Shown one piece after another: positions 1 to 7,846 of a DNA stretch of 21,654 nt (position 1 is its first letter; each line of letters starts with the position of its first letter). The notes below the pieces were generated by a model. The model worked only from the letters and a program-made list of their open reading frames with translations. It was not told the origin of the DNA and did no database searches. A program made the translations under genes and the position numbers. Origin of the DNA: Chthoniobacteraceae bacterium (GTDB lineage Bacteria; Verrucomicrobiota; Verrucomicrobiia; Chthoniobacterales; Chthoniobacteraceae); contig JANNXQ010000028.1 of NCBI GenBank assembly GCA_031409655.1, forward strand, positions 1-21,654. Reading direction: 5' to 3'.

Positions 1-43
1 CGGCGAAGAAGGGCGAGCGGAGCGCGCGGCGCAGGAGTTTCAC
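1..43 (-). CDS. Probable 5' end of a gene running off the left edge (MKLLRRALRSPFFA...), coupled to the CHAT gene
   Basis: GTG at 43-41 overlaps the CHAT TGA stop (42-40) as GTGA. The frame is open to position 1. A basic N-terminus turning hydrophobic fits a signal or membrane anchor. Only 14 codons are visible. Confidence 0.5.
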   Translation of the reverse strand, partial: MKLLRRALRSPFFA

Positions 44-2394
44 AGCCAATTCCCGATGATGAGATACGGGGCCCAGAGGCACGGGTGACGGTAGCGCGGA
101 TTGGCCAGCAGCTTGCGTTGCGCGCCGCGCAGGGCCTGCGCCTTGGTCAGCTCCGGATCGGTGTGCAGCGCGGTGTAGAAGTCGTTGATGAGCTGCGTGG
201 AAGCCTCGTCACTGACAAACCAGAGCGTCGCGAAAGCGGCGCGCGCGCCCGCCTTCACGGCCACGCCCGCGAGGCCCAGCGCGGCGCGGTCGTCGCCGGC
301 CGCGGTCTGGCAGGCGCTGAGGGTGAGCAGCTCGACGGGCTGCTCGCGGAGTTGGCTCGGGCGGATCATCTGCTCGAGCTTGTCGAGCGAGAGCTTGCCA
401 TCGAAGGTGAGCACGAAGGACTTCTTCGCATCGCTGCTGAATTCGCCGTGGGAGGCGATATGCACCACGGAGAATTGCTGCTCTTTGAACTCCTTCGCCA
501 CGCTCTCGGTGAGGAACGTGCCGTTGAGCAGTTTGCTCCCTCCGTAGAGCGTATTGAGATCGCCGACTTCCTTCGCGACGAAAGGCAGCGCCGGAAAGCT
601 TTCGCCGTCCCGCTCCACGGCCTCGGAGAGTCCGCTGACCATCATCGCGATGCTCACGCGTTTGATTGCCTTTGGCTCCATGAGGCTGAGCCCGGGAGTG
701 ACGGCGATGGCATATTTTTCGACGAGAAACTTCTGGCCATCGTGGAGCGCGGCCATCGGGATGGTGCGCAGCGCGCCATCGGGCACGAAGACGAGCGTGT
801 CGATCTTCCCGCGGGCGAGCCGCGGCTCGAGGGGGCGGATGAGCCAGTCGTAGAGCTGCCAGGCTTCGGCAAGGAATTCGTTCGTCGTGCGGGTCTCGAG
901 ATGGGTGCGGAAGGCCCGGACGGTGTTGGTCAGGACGGCCGCAGTCACCGGCGCTTTCACCCGCTCGAGTCCGGCCGCGGTGCTGATGATGATCTCGGTG
1001 CGATCCGGCAGCGGCACGAGATAGAGCACCGCGGCACCTTTGGAGATTTCCTTCACGGTCGCCTCGACGGTCTTCTTTTTCGATTGCAGGAGATGCACAC
1101 AGTCGTCCTGAAAGTAGTCTTCGAGTTCCACCGCCTTGAGCAGCTCGCAGGTGTCCTGCGCTTCCCGGATGCACTGCACGACGGCCTCGGCATTGCCCAG
1201 CCCATCGGCGCGCTGGAGGAGCAGGTCCGCGAGTTCGAGGAAGACGTCGCCCACGGTTTCGCGGAAAGAGGTGCGGGCATTCGGATTCCCGAACCGGGCC
1301 GAGAGATCGGTGCGGATGCGCTCGATGTTCCCGATGGCCCGCCGGTAAGCCGCGATGGCTTCGTCGCGCCGGCCTTGCGCGCGGTCGATCCGGGCGGTCT
1401 GCCACTCCCAGCGATACAAGGCGTCGGGCGATTGCACCTTCTGTGCGAGGAAGGCCGCGCGACGCGTGAGGCGCAGCGCGTCCGCCCATTTTTTCTCCTG
1501 TTCGTAGAGATGCCCGGAGTAACCCAGCGCATAGGAAAGCGCGCGATCGTCGCCGAGCGCGGTCGCCGTGACGGCCGCTTTCTCATACGCGCGCAGGGCG
1601 TCGGCGCGCAGCCGATTGTCATGCGCCGGGGCGCGCTCGAAGAGCAGTTCCCAGTTCTTGCCCGCGCGCATCAGCGAGAAGGCCTTGTCGTGGGAATCGG
1701 GCAGCGCGAGCGCGGCGGCGAGGCCCGCGCGGTTCAAGTCGGCCGCCACCGCGAACTGCTCGCCGAGAACGGCGGTGCGGGCGGCGTTGATCGAGGCCTT
1801 CGTCGCGAGCGAGCCGTGGCCAGCCGCCTTGGCCAGCGATGCCGCCTCGCGATACGCATCCAGCGCCATGGCGAATTTCTCCTGCGCGCTCCGCAAGTTC
1901 CCGAGATCGTTCAGCACCGCCGCCACGGTCTCCTTTTCCCCAGCGGCACGCGCCACCTTGAGCGCTTCCTCCAGCGTCGGCTCCGCAGCGGCGGCGACAT
2001 GGGAAAATATCTGCAGACTCCCCAAGCGGGAGAGAGCCGCGGCCAGCCGGGCGCGGTCGCCCAGAGCCCGCGCTTCCTCGACGGCGTCGGTGGCCGCCTC
2101 GATCGCGCGGCGCTGTTCCCCGAGCGCCGCGTAGGCGCTCGCGAGATCGAGCTGGGTGTCGATCACCGCCGCCGCAGCGCTGTTTCGCTGATAGAGCACG
2201 AGCGCCGCTTGGTGCTCCGCGATCGCCTCCTCGAAGGCACCGCGTTCCGCAGCCTTCTCCGCCTTCATCCGCCGCTCGGAAGCACGTTCCTCCCAACCAG
2301 CGGAGGCCGTCGCAGAACCGACCCAGAGGGCCAGGAACGCGAGGACCAGCGGCCGCCACTTCATCGCCTGCTGAACGGTGCCAGTTTGTTGCAT
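40..2394 (-). CDS. Exported TPR + CHAT domain (caspase-like) protease
   Basis: Signal-like MKWRPLVLAFLALWVGSATASA, Ala-rich TPR helices, and CHAT motifs LVFVPDGALRTIPMAAL, VVHIASHG (His), LTLSACQT (Cys), ATLWFV and HPCLWAPYLIIGNWL. GAGGA SD precedes ATG 2394; alternative start at ATG 2364. Confidence 0.92.
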   Translation of the reverse strand: MQQTGTVQQAMKWRPLVLAFLALWVGSATASAGWEERASERRMKAEKAAERGAFEEAIAEHQAALVLYQRNSAAAAVIDTQLDLASAYAALGEQRRAIEAATDAVEEARALGDRARLAAALSRLGSLQIFSHVAAAAEPTLEEALKVARAAGEKETVAAVLNDLGNLRSAQEKFAMALDAYREAASLAKAAGHGSLATKASINAARTAVLGEQFAVAADLNRAGLAAALALPDSHDKAFSLMRAGKNWELLFERAPAHDNRLRADALRAYEKAAVTATALGDDRALSYALGYSGHLYEQEKKWADALRLTRRAAFLAQKVQSPDALYRWEWQTARIDRAQGRRDEAIAAYRRAIGNIERIRTDLSARFGNPNARTSFRETVGDVFLELADLLLQRADGLGNAEAVVQCIREAQDTCELLKAVELEDYFQDDCVHLLQSKKKTVEATVKEISKGAAVLYLVPLPDRTEIIISTAAGLERVKAPVTAAVLTNTVRAFRTHLETRTTNEFLAEAWQLYDWLIRPLEPRLARGKIDTLVFVPDGALRTIPMAALHDGQKFLVEKYAIAVTPGLSLMEPKAIKRVSIAMMVSGLSEAVERDGESFPALPFVAKEVGDLNTLYGGSKLLNGTFLTESVAKEFKEQQFSVVHIASHGEFSSDAKKSFVLTFDGKLSLDKLEQMIRPSQLREQPVELLTLSACQTAAGDDRAALGLAGVAVKAGARAAFATLWFVSDEASTQLINDFYTALHTDPELTKAQALRGAQRKLLANPRYRHPCLWAPYLIIGNWL

Positions 2395-2401
2395 TTTGTC
2401 C

Positions 2402-4882
2402 TCAGGATGCGTTCGTCACGCGCGCCAGCAGTTCGGAGCCGGTCATCCGGAAAGCCGCCTCGTGCGGACAGGAATAAACACAGCGCGGCAGCGGAGAGGA
2501 GCGCGTTCCGGCAGAATCGCAGAGGTCGCAGGTGGCGGCCTTCGGTTGCGCGATGCGCAGGCTGTGCGTGTGGCCCGCCGCCTTCGGTAGTTCGAGGGGC
2601 CGATGTTCATCCGGCGTCATGAAAATGCTGCCGTAAGGGCAATTCGTTGCGCACAAGCCGCAGCCGATGCAGTGATCTTCGATGACGATCTGCTGATGCC
2701 GGCCGCGATGGATGGAGTCCACCGGGCAGCCAGTCATGCAGTGCGGCGTCTCGCAGGAGCGGCAGGAAGTGGCGACGACGAAATTCCCGAAACGCGGCCC
2801 ATCGCGGAGCAGGCGGGTGATCGGCACGCCGTGCGATTCGACGCCGTGCTGCTGCACGCAGCCCTTGGTGCATTCGTCGCACCGCGTGCAGAGATCCAGG
2901 TCGAGCACGAGGACGCTCCGGGCCTCGTAGAGTCCCTGCTCCACGTACTGATTCATGAAGGGGTTCAGGTCGCGGGCGCTCCGCAGCCGCTCGAGGGAGG
3001 TCTCGACGATCCGGCGCCGCAGCGTCGGAAAATCGCGAATCATTTCGAGGAAATCGGCGCGATTCAGGCGCGCCAGTTCCACATGCTCCAGAGCCGTGCA
3101 GGTGGCCATGCGGACGCCGGCTGGGATCGCCCCAAGCAGTTCGGTGCCCGCGCCATCGAGCACGGCTTTGACGGCTCGGTCCACTTCGTCCGCGGTCTTG
3201 CCCGCGTCATCCGGCGAGACCGCCAGGAGGGCGATCTCGCCGAAAATCGAACCGGGCGGAAGACTGACCACGCGAGACTCACTGCCGAAGCGACGCAGCC
3301 CGACGCGGATGCGGCCGAGCCGCAACAAATAAAGACCATCGGCGGGATCCCCCTGCCGGAAGACGGTCTGGCCCGCGCCGACGCTCAGAAAGGAGAGTCG
3401 CGGTCGGAGAAATTCGATGAGCCGTCCGTACTCCGCGGTTTCGATCCCCTTGAACAAGTCCACACTCGACAAAACGACATCCAGCGAGCGCTCGCGATAG
3501 AGCCGCTCGAATTTTCCCCGCTGGCTCGGCAGCCGCATCAAACGATCGAGCACATTGCGGCGAATCTCCCAAATCTCCCCATCGTCCAGAGCCACGATGT
3601 CGGCGGATCTTGGCGAACTGCTCAGGCAGGCCATCTCGCCGACGATCACATCCGCGGGCGTCCGCTCCGCGCGAAACAAAACCTTTTCGCCCCTGCTCCG
3701 CGAGCGTCCGCCCCCAGATTGCGGCGCGCTCGCGAAGACCGACACTTCCAGTCTGCCGCGCCGAATGATGAACGCCGAATTGCCCGGATCGCCCTGCCGG
3801 CAAAGCACGTCACCCGCCTGGAATCGCCGGCGAACCGCCAGCCCTTGTTGCCAGAGGAGAAACTTCGGCGGCACGCCCGCGAAGAGCGGATCGCTGGTGA
3901 TTTCCGCGGCCGTCAAGACTTCGGATTTCCCCTGCCCGCTCGCGATTTTGACCTGCGCCACCGGTTTGAAAGTGATGGCGCTAGTCGGGCACGAGACCAT
4001 GCATTCGCCGCATTGCACGCAGCCCGATTCCGCCATCGGATCGTTCAGGTCAAAACCGATGCCCGCGCCCGCGCCCTTGCCCGTCCGGCCGATGATGTTG
4101 TTCCCCTTCACCTCATCACAGGCCCGGACGCAGCGGTCGCAGAGGATGCACGCGCTGTGATCAACGAGGAACACGGGAGACGAGGCGTCCACCGGCCGCC
4201 GCGGCGCGGCGGGAGCGTGGTTGGCAAAGGCGTCGAGCTGAAAGCGCGCGGCATCTCCCCCGCACCGCGCGTGGGCCTGCCCGAGTTCATTGAAGGCGGC
4301 GAGTTCCAGCGCGGGCGCGGGGGCGGGGGCCGGCTTCAAATGATCCGCGGCCAGCAATTCCGTGACCACTTTCACCGCCTGCCGGACGCGTTCTCCGTCC
4401 CGCCCAGGGGCGTTCATGGTGAAGACCTCCATCCCGTCTTTGACCGGATGCTGGCAGGCGGGCAGGAGCTTGCGTTCGGCGGCTCGCTTCCCGCGCTTTT
4501 GTCCGTAGATCTGCACGACACACACGCGGCAGACCGCCACCGGCGTCATGTGGGGCTGATGGCAAAGCGTGGGGATCGGGATCTTCGCTTCGTCGCCCGG
4601 CTCCCTCACGTAGAGCTTCACCGCGGCGTCGAAGATCGTGGTGTAGCGGGGCGTCGTCCGCCCTTCCCCATCGAGCACGATGTTGCCATTGGCATCGCCC
4701 AAGGGCTCCGCCAGTGGCACGGTCACGGCCTGGCCGTCGATCTGCAAGGTCACCGTCTTTCCGTAATCGGACTCCGCGGGAGCATCGAGGCGCACGAGTT
4801 GCCCGTCGATGTCGCGACTGAACAATCCCTCGTCGTCATCGCGAATGAACAGGCCCGTTTCGGGTTCGGGAGCTAGCGGCAT
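2402..4882 (-). CDS. Multi-Fe-S protein with tandem cNMP-binding domains ([2Fe-2S] + 2x[4Fe-4S] + 2x cNMP + 4x[4Fe-4S])
   Basis: IPTLCH..CRVC..LLPAC (NuoG/FdhA-type 2Fe-2S). CILCDRCVRAC and CVQCGECMVSCP. Two cNMP folds (RQGDPGNSAFIIRRG..VGEMACL..PRSA; RQGDPADGLYLLRLG..FGEIALL..VRMA). C-terminal 16-Cys DmsB-like pattern. GGAGG SD upstream; 10-bp overlap with the upstream gene. Confidence 0.9.
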   Translation of the reverse strand: MPLAPEPETGLFIRDDDEGLFSRDIDGQLVRLDAPAESDYGKTVTLQIDGQAVTVPLAEPLGDANGNIVLDGEGRTTPRYTTIFDAAVKLYVREPGDEAKIPIPTLCHQPHMTPVAVCRVCVVQIYGQKRGKRAAERKLLPACQHPVKDGMEVFTMNAPGRDGERVRQAVKVVTELLAADHLKPAPAPAPALELAAFNELGQAHARCGGDAARFQLDAFANHAPAAPRRPVDASSPVFLVDHSACILCDRCVRACDEVKGNNIIGRTGKGAGAGIGFDLNDPMAESGCVQCGECMVSCPTSAITFKPVAQVKIASGQGKSEVLTAAEITSDPLFAGVPPKFLLWQQGLAVRRRFQAGDVLCRQGDPGNSAFIIRRGRLEVSVFASAPQSGGGRSRSRGEKVLFRAERTPADVIVGEMACLSSSPRSADIVALDDGEIWEIRRNVLDRLMRLPSQRGKFERLYRERSLDVVLSSVDLFKGIETAEYGRLIEFLRPRLSFLSVGAGQTVFRQGDPADGLYLLRLGRIRVGLRRFGSESRVVSLPPGSIFGEIALLAVSPDDAGKTADEVDRAVKAVLDGAGTELLGAIPAGVRMATCTALEHVELARLNRADFLEMIRDFPTLRRRIVETSLERLRSARDLNPFMNQYVEQGLYEARSVLVLDLDLCTRCDECTKGCVQQHGVESHGVPITRLLRDGPRFGNFVVATSCRSCETPHCMTGCPVDSIHRGRHQQIVIEDHCIGCGLCATNCPYGSIFMTPDEHRPLELPKAAGHTHSLRIAQPKAATCDLCDSAGTRSSPLPRCVYSCPHEAAFRMTGSELLARVTNAS

Positions 4883-6948
4883 GACACATCCTCCCGGGTT
4901 TCGTCACGGACGGCATTTTCCGCCGCCCCCAAATGCTGCGCCAGGTCCTCTGGGAAAAAGCGGACCACCGTGCGCAGCGGCACCGGCACGGAGCGTCCGA
5001 GCCCGCAGATGGAAGCCAGCTCGATGACCGTGCCCATCTCCTGGACTAGGGGAAGGATCTCCTCCTGCCAACGAGCGGCGCTGATGCGACCTTCGAGCAG
5101 GTTTCTGCCGAGGTCCGCCAGCTTCTGCGAACCCAGCCGGCAGGGCACACATTTTCCGCAGGACTCCTGGCGGAAAAACTCGTTGGCATTCGCGGCCTGC
5201 TCCAGCATGTCGCGCCCCTCGGCATAGACCACCATGCCCGCGCCGAGCGCTTGCGTCGGGCTCAGCGCGCGGAAGACATTCAGCTCCAGTTCGAGATCGA
5301 GAATGTCGAGTTCGCCAGCCGCCGGATCGAAGCCCCGGCGGGCCGCGAGCGCCAGCCAGGTCTCATTGCTCGTGTGGTTTTTCGGCAGGCCACTCGCGAC
5401 CGTGAGTTTCGCCGGGAGAAATCCGCCTGATGGCCCGGAAGGCGCGAGCGCCTTCAAAGGCCGATCACCGACCATCCCCTGGCAGTAGCCTTCGCCGAAG
5501 AGCAGCTCGCGCACGGTGAGCCCCATCGGCACCTCATAGACTCCCGGCCGCTGCACATCGCCCGAGATCGAAAAGAACCGCCGCCCTTTCCACCCGTTCA
5601 CGCCCTGATCGGCGTAAGCCTGGCCGCCACGAAGTAAGATAAACGGCACCCAGATGAAGGTCTCCACATTACTAACGAGCGTCGGGAGATCTTGCAGTCC
5701 ATTGGTCTCGAGCTTCGGGGGCAAATTCCGTGGCTCACCCCGGCGGTCGGACATCGCCTCAATGAGCGCACTCTGCTCTCCGCAAATGTAGCCCCCGGGG
5801 CTGACGAACACCGAGATGGGAAAAGGCCGGCCCAGCACCGAAGCGTTTTCCCCGCAGATTCCCAACTGTTCGGCGCGCCGGATTTCCTCCCGGCACGCGG
5901 CGATCTGCTCGCTGTATTCGTGGCGGATGTAAATGAAGCCCTGGGTGGCTTCGGTGATCAGCCCAGCCAGGATCACCCCTTCGATGATGAGATGCGGTGT
6001 CCGGAGCAGGAGTTCGCGATCCTTGAAAGTGCCGGGCTCACTCTCGTCTCCATTCACCACGATGAAGGCCCGGTCGTCGGCCTGACGGCCGCGCGCCGTG
6101 CGCACCGCATCGCGCACATCGCGCCATTTCTGGATCGCCGGGATACCCGCGCCGCCCATGCCGCGGAGATCGGCCTGCTTGAGTTCCTCCAGCAAGCCGT
6201 CCGACCAGCCGCCGAGGTGCGCGCCCTTGGCCCAATCGTCGTCGAGCTGCCAGCAGCGCACGGCCTGCGCAACCGCGGCATCCATGGCGACTTCCACCCG
6301 CATCTGCCGGATCGCCCCAAACCGGAACTGTTCCGTGTTCTCGCGGCGCCAATCCGACCGCTCCGCCAGCAACTCCATCGCCGCCGCCAACGAGGCGTCG
6401 CGCACGGCGACCGCGTTTCGGACCGCCGCATAATCCGACGGACCTTCATAAGTCTCGACCATCCAAGCCGCCATCGTCGGCGCCAGATCCCCATCCCGAT
6501 CCGCCGGCGGGAGCAGACCCTGAAGACAACCCGCGGCCACCCCATCCAACTCGCCAAACGACCGCCCGAGGTAATAGTGGTCGTGCTCCAAACCTTTGAC
6601 CGAAAAACAAGCTGCCGGCGCCCGGTCACAGCGGCCCTGGCAAGACACGCTCTCGACCGCGACTTCGTCCCCTTCCAGAGACCCGGCCCGCGCGCGAAGC
6701 TCCGCCGAACCCGCCATGGAGCACGCCATATCCCGGCAAATCCGCAGGACGATCCGCCGCGCTGGCGACAAACGAAAATGCGGAAAGAAACTCGCCACTT
6801 CCTGAATGCGGTAGAGGGGCACACCCGATTCCTGCGCATACCGCTGCAAGGCGCTGCGCTCAAGATGCCCATACTCCTCCTGAATCCGCTGCAAAGTGGG
6901 GACGAGAACCGAACGGTAGAAATTTTCCTTCGTTGCGCTCATCTTCAC
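4873..6948 (-). CDS. NuoE-NuoF (HoxF-like) fused NAD(P)H-dependent flavoprotein/diaphorase
   Basis: NuoE part: VASFFPHF and CRDMAC...SCQGRCDRAP. NuoF part: LRGMGGAG, VNGDESEPGTFKDR, YICGEQSAL, NVET, SLBB region, and ESCGKCVPCRLG...SICGLG (N3 cluster). Start is GTG 6948 or ATG 6942. Confidence 0.9.
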   Translation of the reverse strand: MKMSATKENFYRSVLVPTLQRIQEEYGHLERSALQRYAQESGVPLYRIQEVASFFPHFRLSPARRIVLRICRDMACSMAGSAELRARAGSLEGDEVAVESVSCQGRCDRAPAACFSVKGLEHDHYYLGRSFGELDGVAAGCLQGLLPPADRDGDLAPTMAAWMVETYEGPSDYAAVRNAVAVRDASLAAAMELLAERSDWRRENTEQFRFGAIRQMRVEVAMDAAVAQAVRCWQLDDDWAKGAHLGGWSDGLLEELKQADLRGMGGAGIPAIQKWRDVRDAVRTARGRQADDRAFIVVNGDESEPGTFKDRELLLRTPHLIIEGVILAGLITEATQGFIYIRHEYSEQIAACREEIRRAEQLGICGENASVLGRPFPISVFVSPGGYICGEQSALIEAMSDRRGEPRNLPPKLETNGLQDLPTLVSNVETFIWVPFILLRGGQAYADQGVNGWKGRRFFSISGDVQRPGVYEVPMGLTVRELLFGEGYCQGMVGDRPLKALAPSGPSGGFLPAKLTVASGLPKNHTSNETWLALAARRGFDPAAGELDILDLELELNVFRALSPTQALGAGMVVYAEGRDMLEQAANANEFFRQESCGKCVPCRLGSQKLADLGRNLLEGRISAARWQEEILPLVQEMGTVIELASICGLGRSVPVPLRTVVRFFPEDLAQHLGAAENAVRDETREDVSCR

Positions 6949-7185
6949 ATAAAGCCACGCGGGCGGGAACGGGGGTCAGGAATGCCAGTGCGCACAGGGC
7001 GCATGGAAATGCCCCAGCCTTCTGACGTCAAACGCATTTCGGGGATCCAAACGAATGACGAACCGCCATCCGTCCGTGGATGGGCGCACTTGGACTTCTC
7101 CAGATCATGCGCCGAACGGCCGTCCTGGCGAATAAACCGCCCCCCGCCCCATCGCAAGACCCTCGCAAAAAGGCCGAACAAACAC

Positions 7186-7213
7186 TTGCAAAGGCATCTC
7201 CCCTCCCCATACT
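7186..7213 (+). promoter_or_regulatory. Putative sigma70-type promoter of rpsO-pnp
   Basis: TTGCAA (7186-7191), 16 bp spacer, CATACT (7208-7213), ending 21 bp before the rpsO ATG. Confidence 0.45.
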
Positions 7214-7234
7214 GCGCGGCTCCTAAAAACTGAT

Positions 7235-7489
7235 ATGACTGACACCACGGAAATCCAGGCACTCCGCATCCACGAAAAAGACACGGGAAGTGCCGACGTG
7301 CAAATCGCCCTCCTGACTGCGCGAATCAACCACCTGACGGAGCACTTGAAAGGTCATGTGAAGGATCACTCCTCACGGCGCGGCCTGCTGATGCTCGTCG
7401 CCCGGCGGCGCAAGATGCTCGATTATCTCAAGCGCACCGCGAGCGATCGCTACAAGAACGTGCTCGAGAAATTGAGTCTGCGGAAATAG
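7235..7489 (+). CDS. rpsO: 30S ribosomal protein S15
   Basis: [47 protein letters not shown] signature; lies upstream of pnp. Confidence 0.98.
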   Translation: MTDTTEIQALRIHEKDTGSADVQIALLTARINHLTEHLKGHVKDHSSRRGLLMLVARRRKMLDYLKRTASDRYKNVLEKLSLRK

Positions 7490-7503
7490 CGACTCTTCGA
7501 TTT

Positions 7504-7548
7504 TGAAAACGGTGCGCCCGCGATCTTCTCGCGGGCGAACTGTTTCAG
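7504..7548 (+). other. Stem-loop after rpsO (possible attenuating terminator or processing stem)
   Basis: CGCCCGCGA (7515-7523), loop TCTTC, TCGCGGGCG (7529-7537), extended imperfectly by TGAAAACGGT/ACTGTTTCA. No clean U-tract. Confidence 0.5.
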
Positions 7549-7651
7549 CCCCCAACGAAAAACTTTCCCGCAGCGCTTTGGCCCTTCGCCTGAGCGGTGC
7601 GTCAACCACAGGAAAAACAACCAGCCGGCACTCCCTTTTTCCCCTCCGGGC

Positions 7652-7794
7652 CTAGTCTTAGCCCCGGGCTTTCACGGCCTCCCTCTTCTTCTCCTTCTTC
7701 ATCTCCTCCTCCTTCTTCCGACAATCCACCGGAAGCAGAAGGAGATGAAGTAGGAGAAGAAGAAGATTTGAGAAAGTCCCGGGCTACGAGCTAG
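7652..7794. repeat. Long imperfect inverted repeat (about 140 nt hairpin) in the pnp leader
   Basis: Left arm 7652-7720 (CTAGTCTTAGCCCCGGGCTTTC...TCTTCTTCTCCTTCTTCATCTCCT...CTTCCG), loop ACAATCCAC, right arm 7730-7794 (CGGAAG...AGGAGATGAAGTAGGAGAAGAAGA...GAAAGTCCCGGGCTACGAGCTAG). Confidence 0.85.
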
Positions 7795-7846
7795 CCGTCC
7801 GTTCGGAAAATGTGGGTGCCAGGCGCAAAACAAAACAAGCACACCC

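Noticed and set aside
85..4876. Long plus-strand ORFs 85..2622 (845 aa) and 2603..4876 (757 aa)
   Set aside because: Antisense shadows of well-supported minus-strand genes in high-GC DNA; no recognisable motifs.
2402..6948. Respiratory complex I (nuoEFG), formate dehydrogenase or bifurcating hydrogenase
   Set aside because: No other nuo genes, no Mo-bisPGD or H-cluster domain, and no HydB-type C-terminal clusters or AFM motif, so nuo symbols were not assigned.
6983..7033. Palindromes GTGCGCAC and TGACGTCA, and a minus-strand TTGACG, upstream of the redox operon
   Set aside because: 8-bp palindromes are expected by chance. There is no convincing -10 and no CRP-type TGTGA-N6-TCACA site.
7597..7794. 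65-aa Ser/Pro- then Glu-rich ORF between rpsO and pnp
   Set aside because: Its composition is a by-product of the pyrimidine/purine inverted repeat; no coding evidence.
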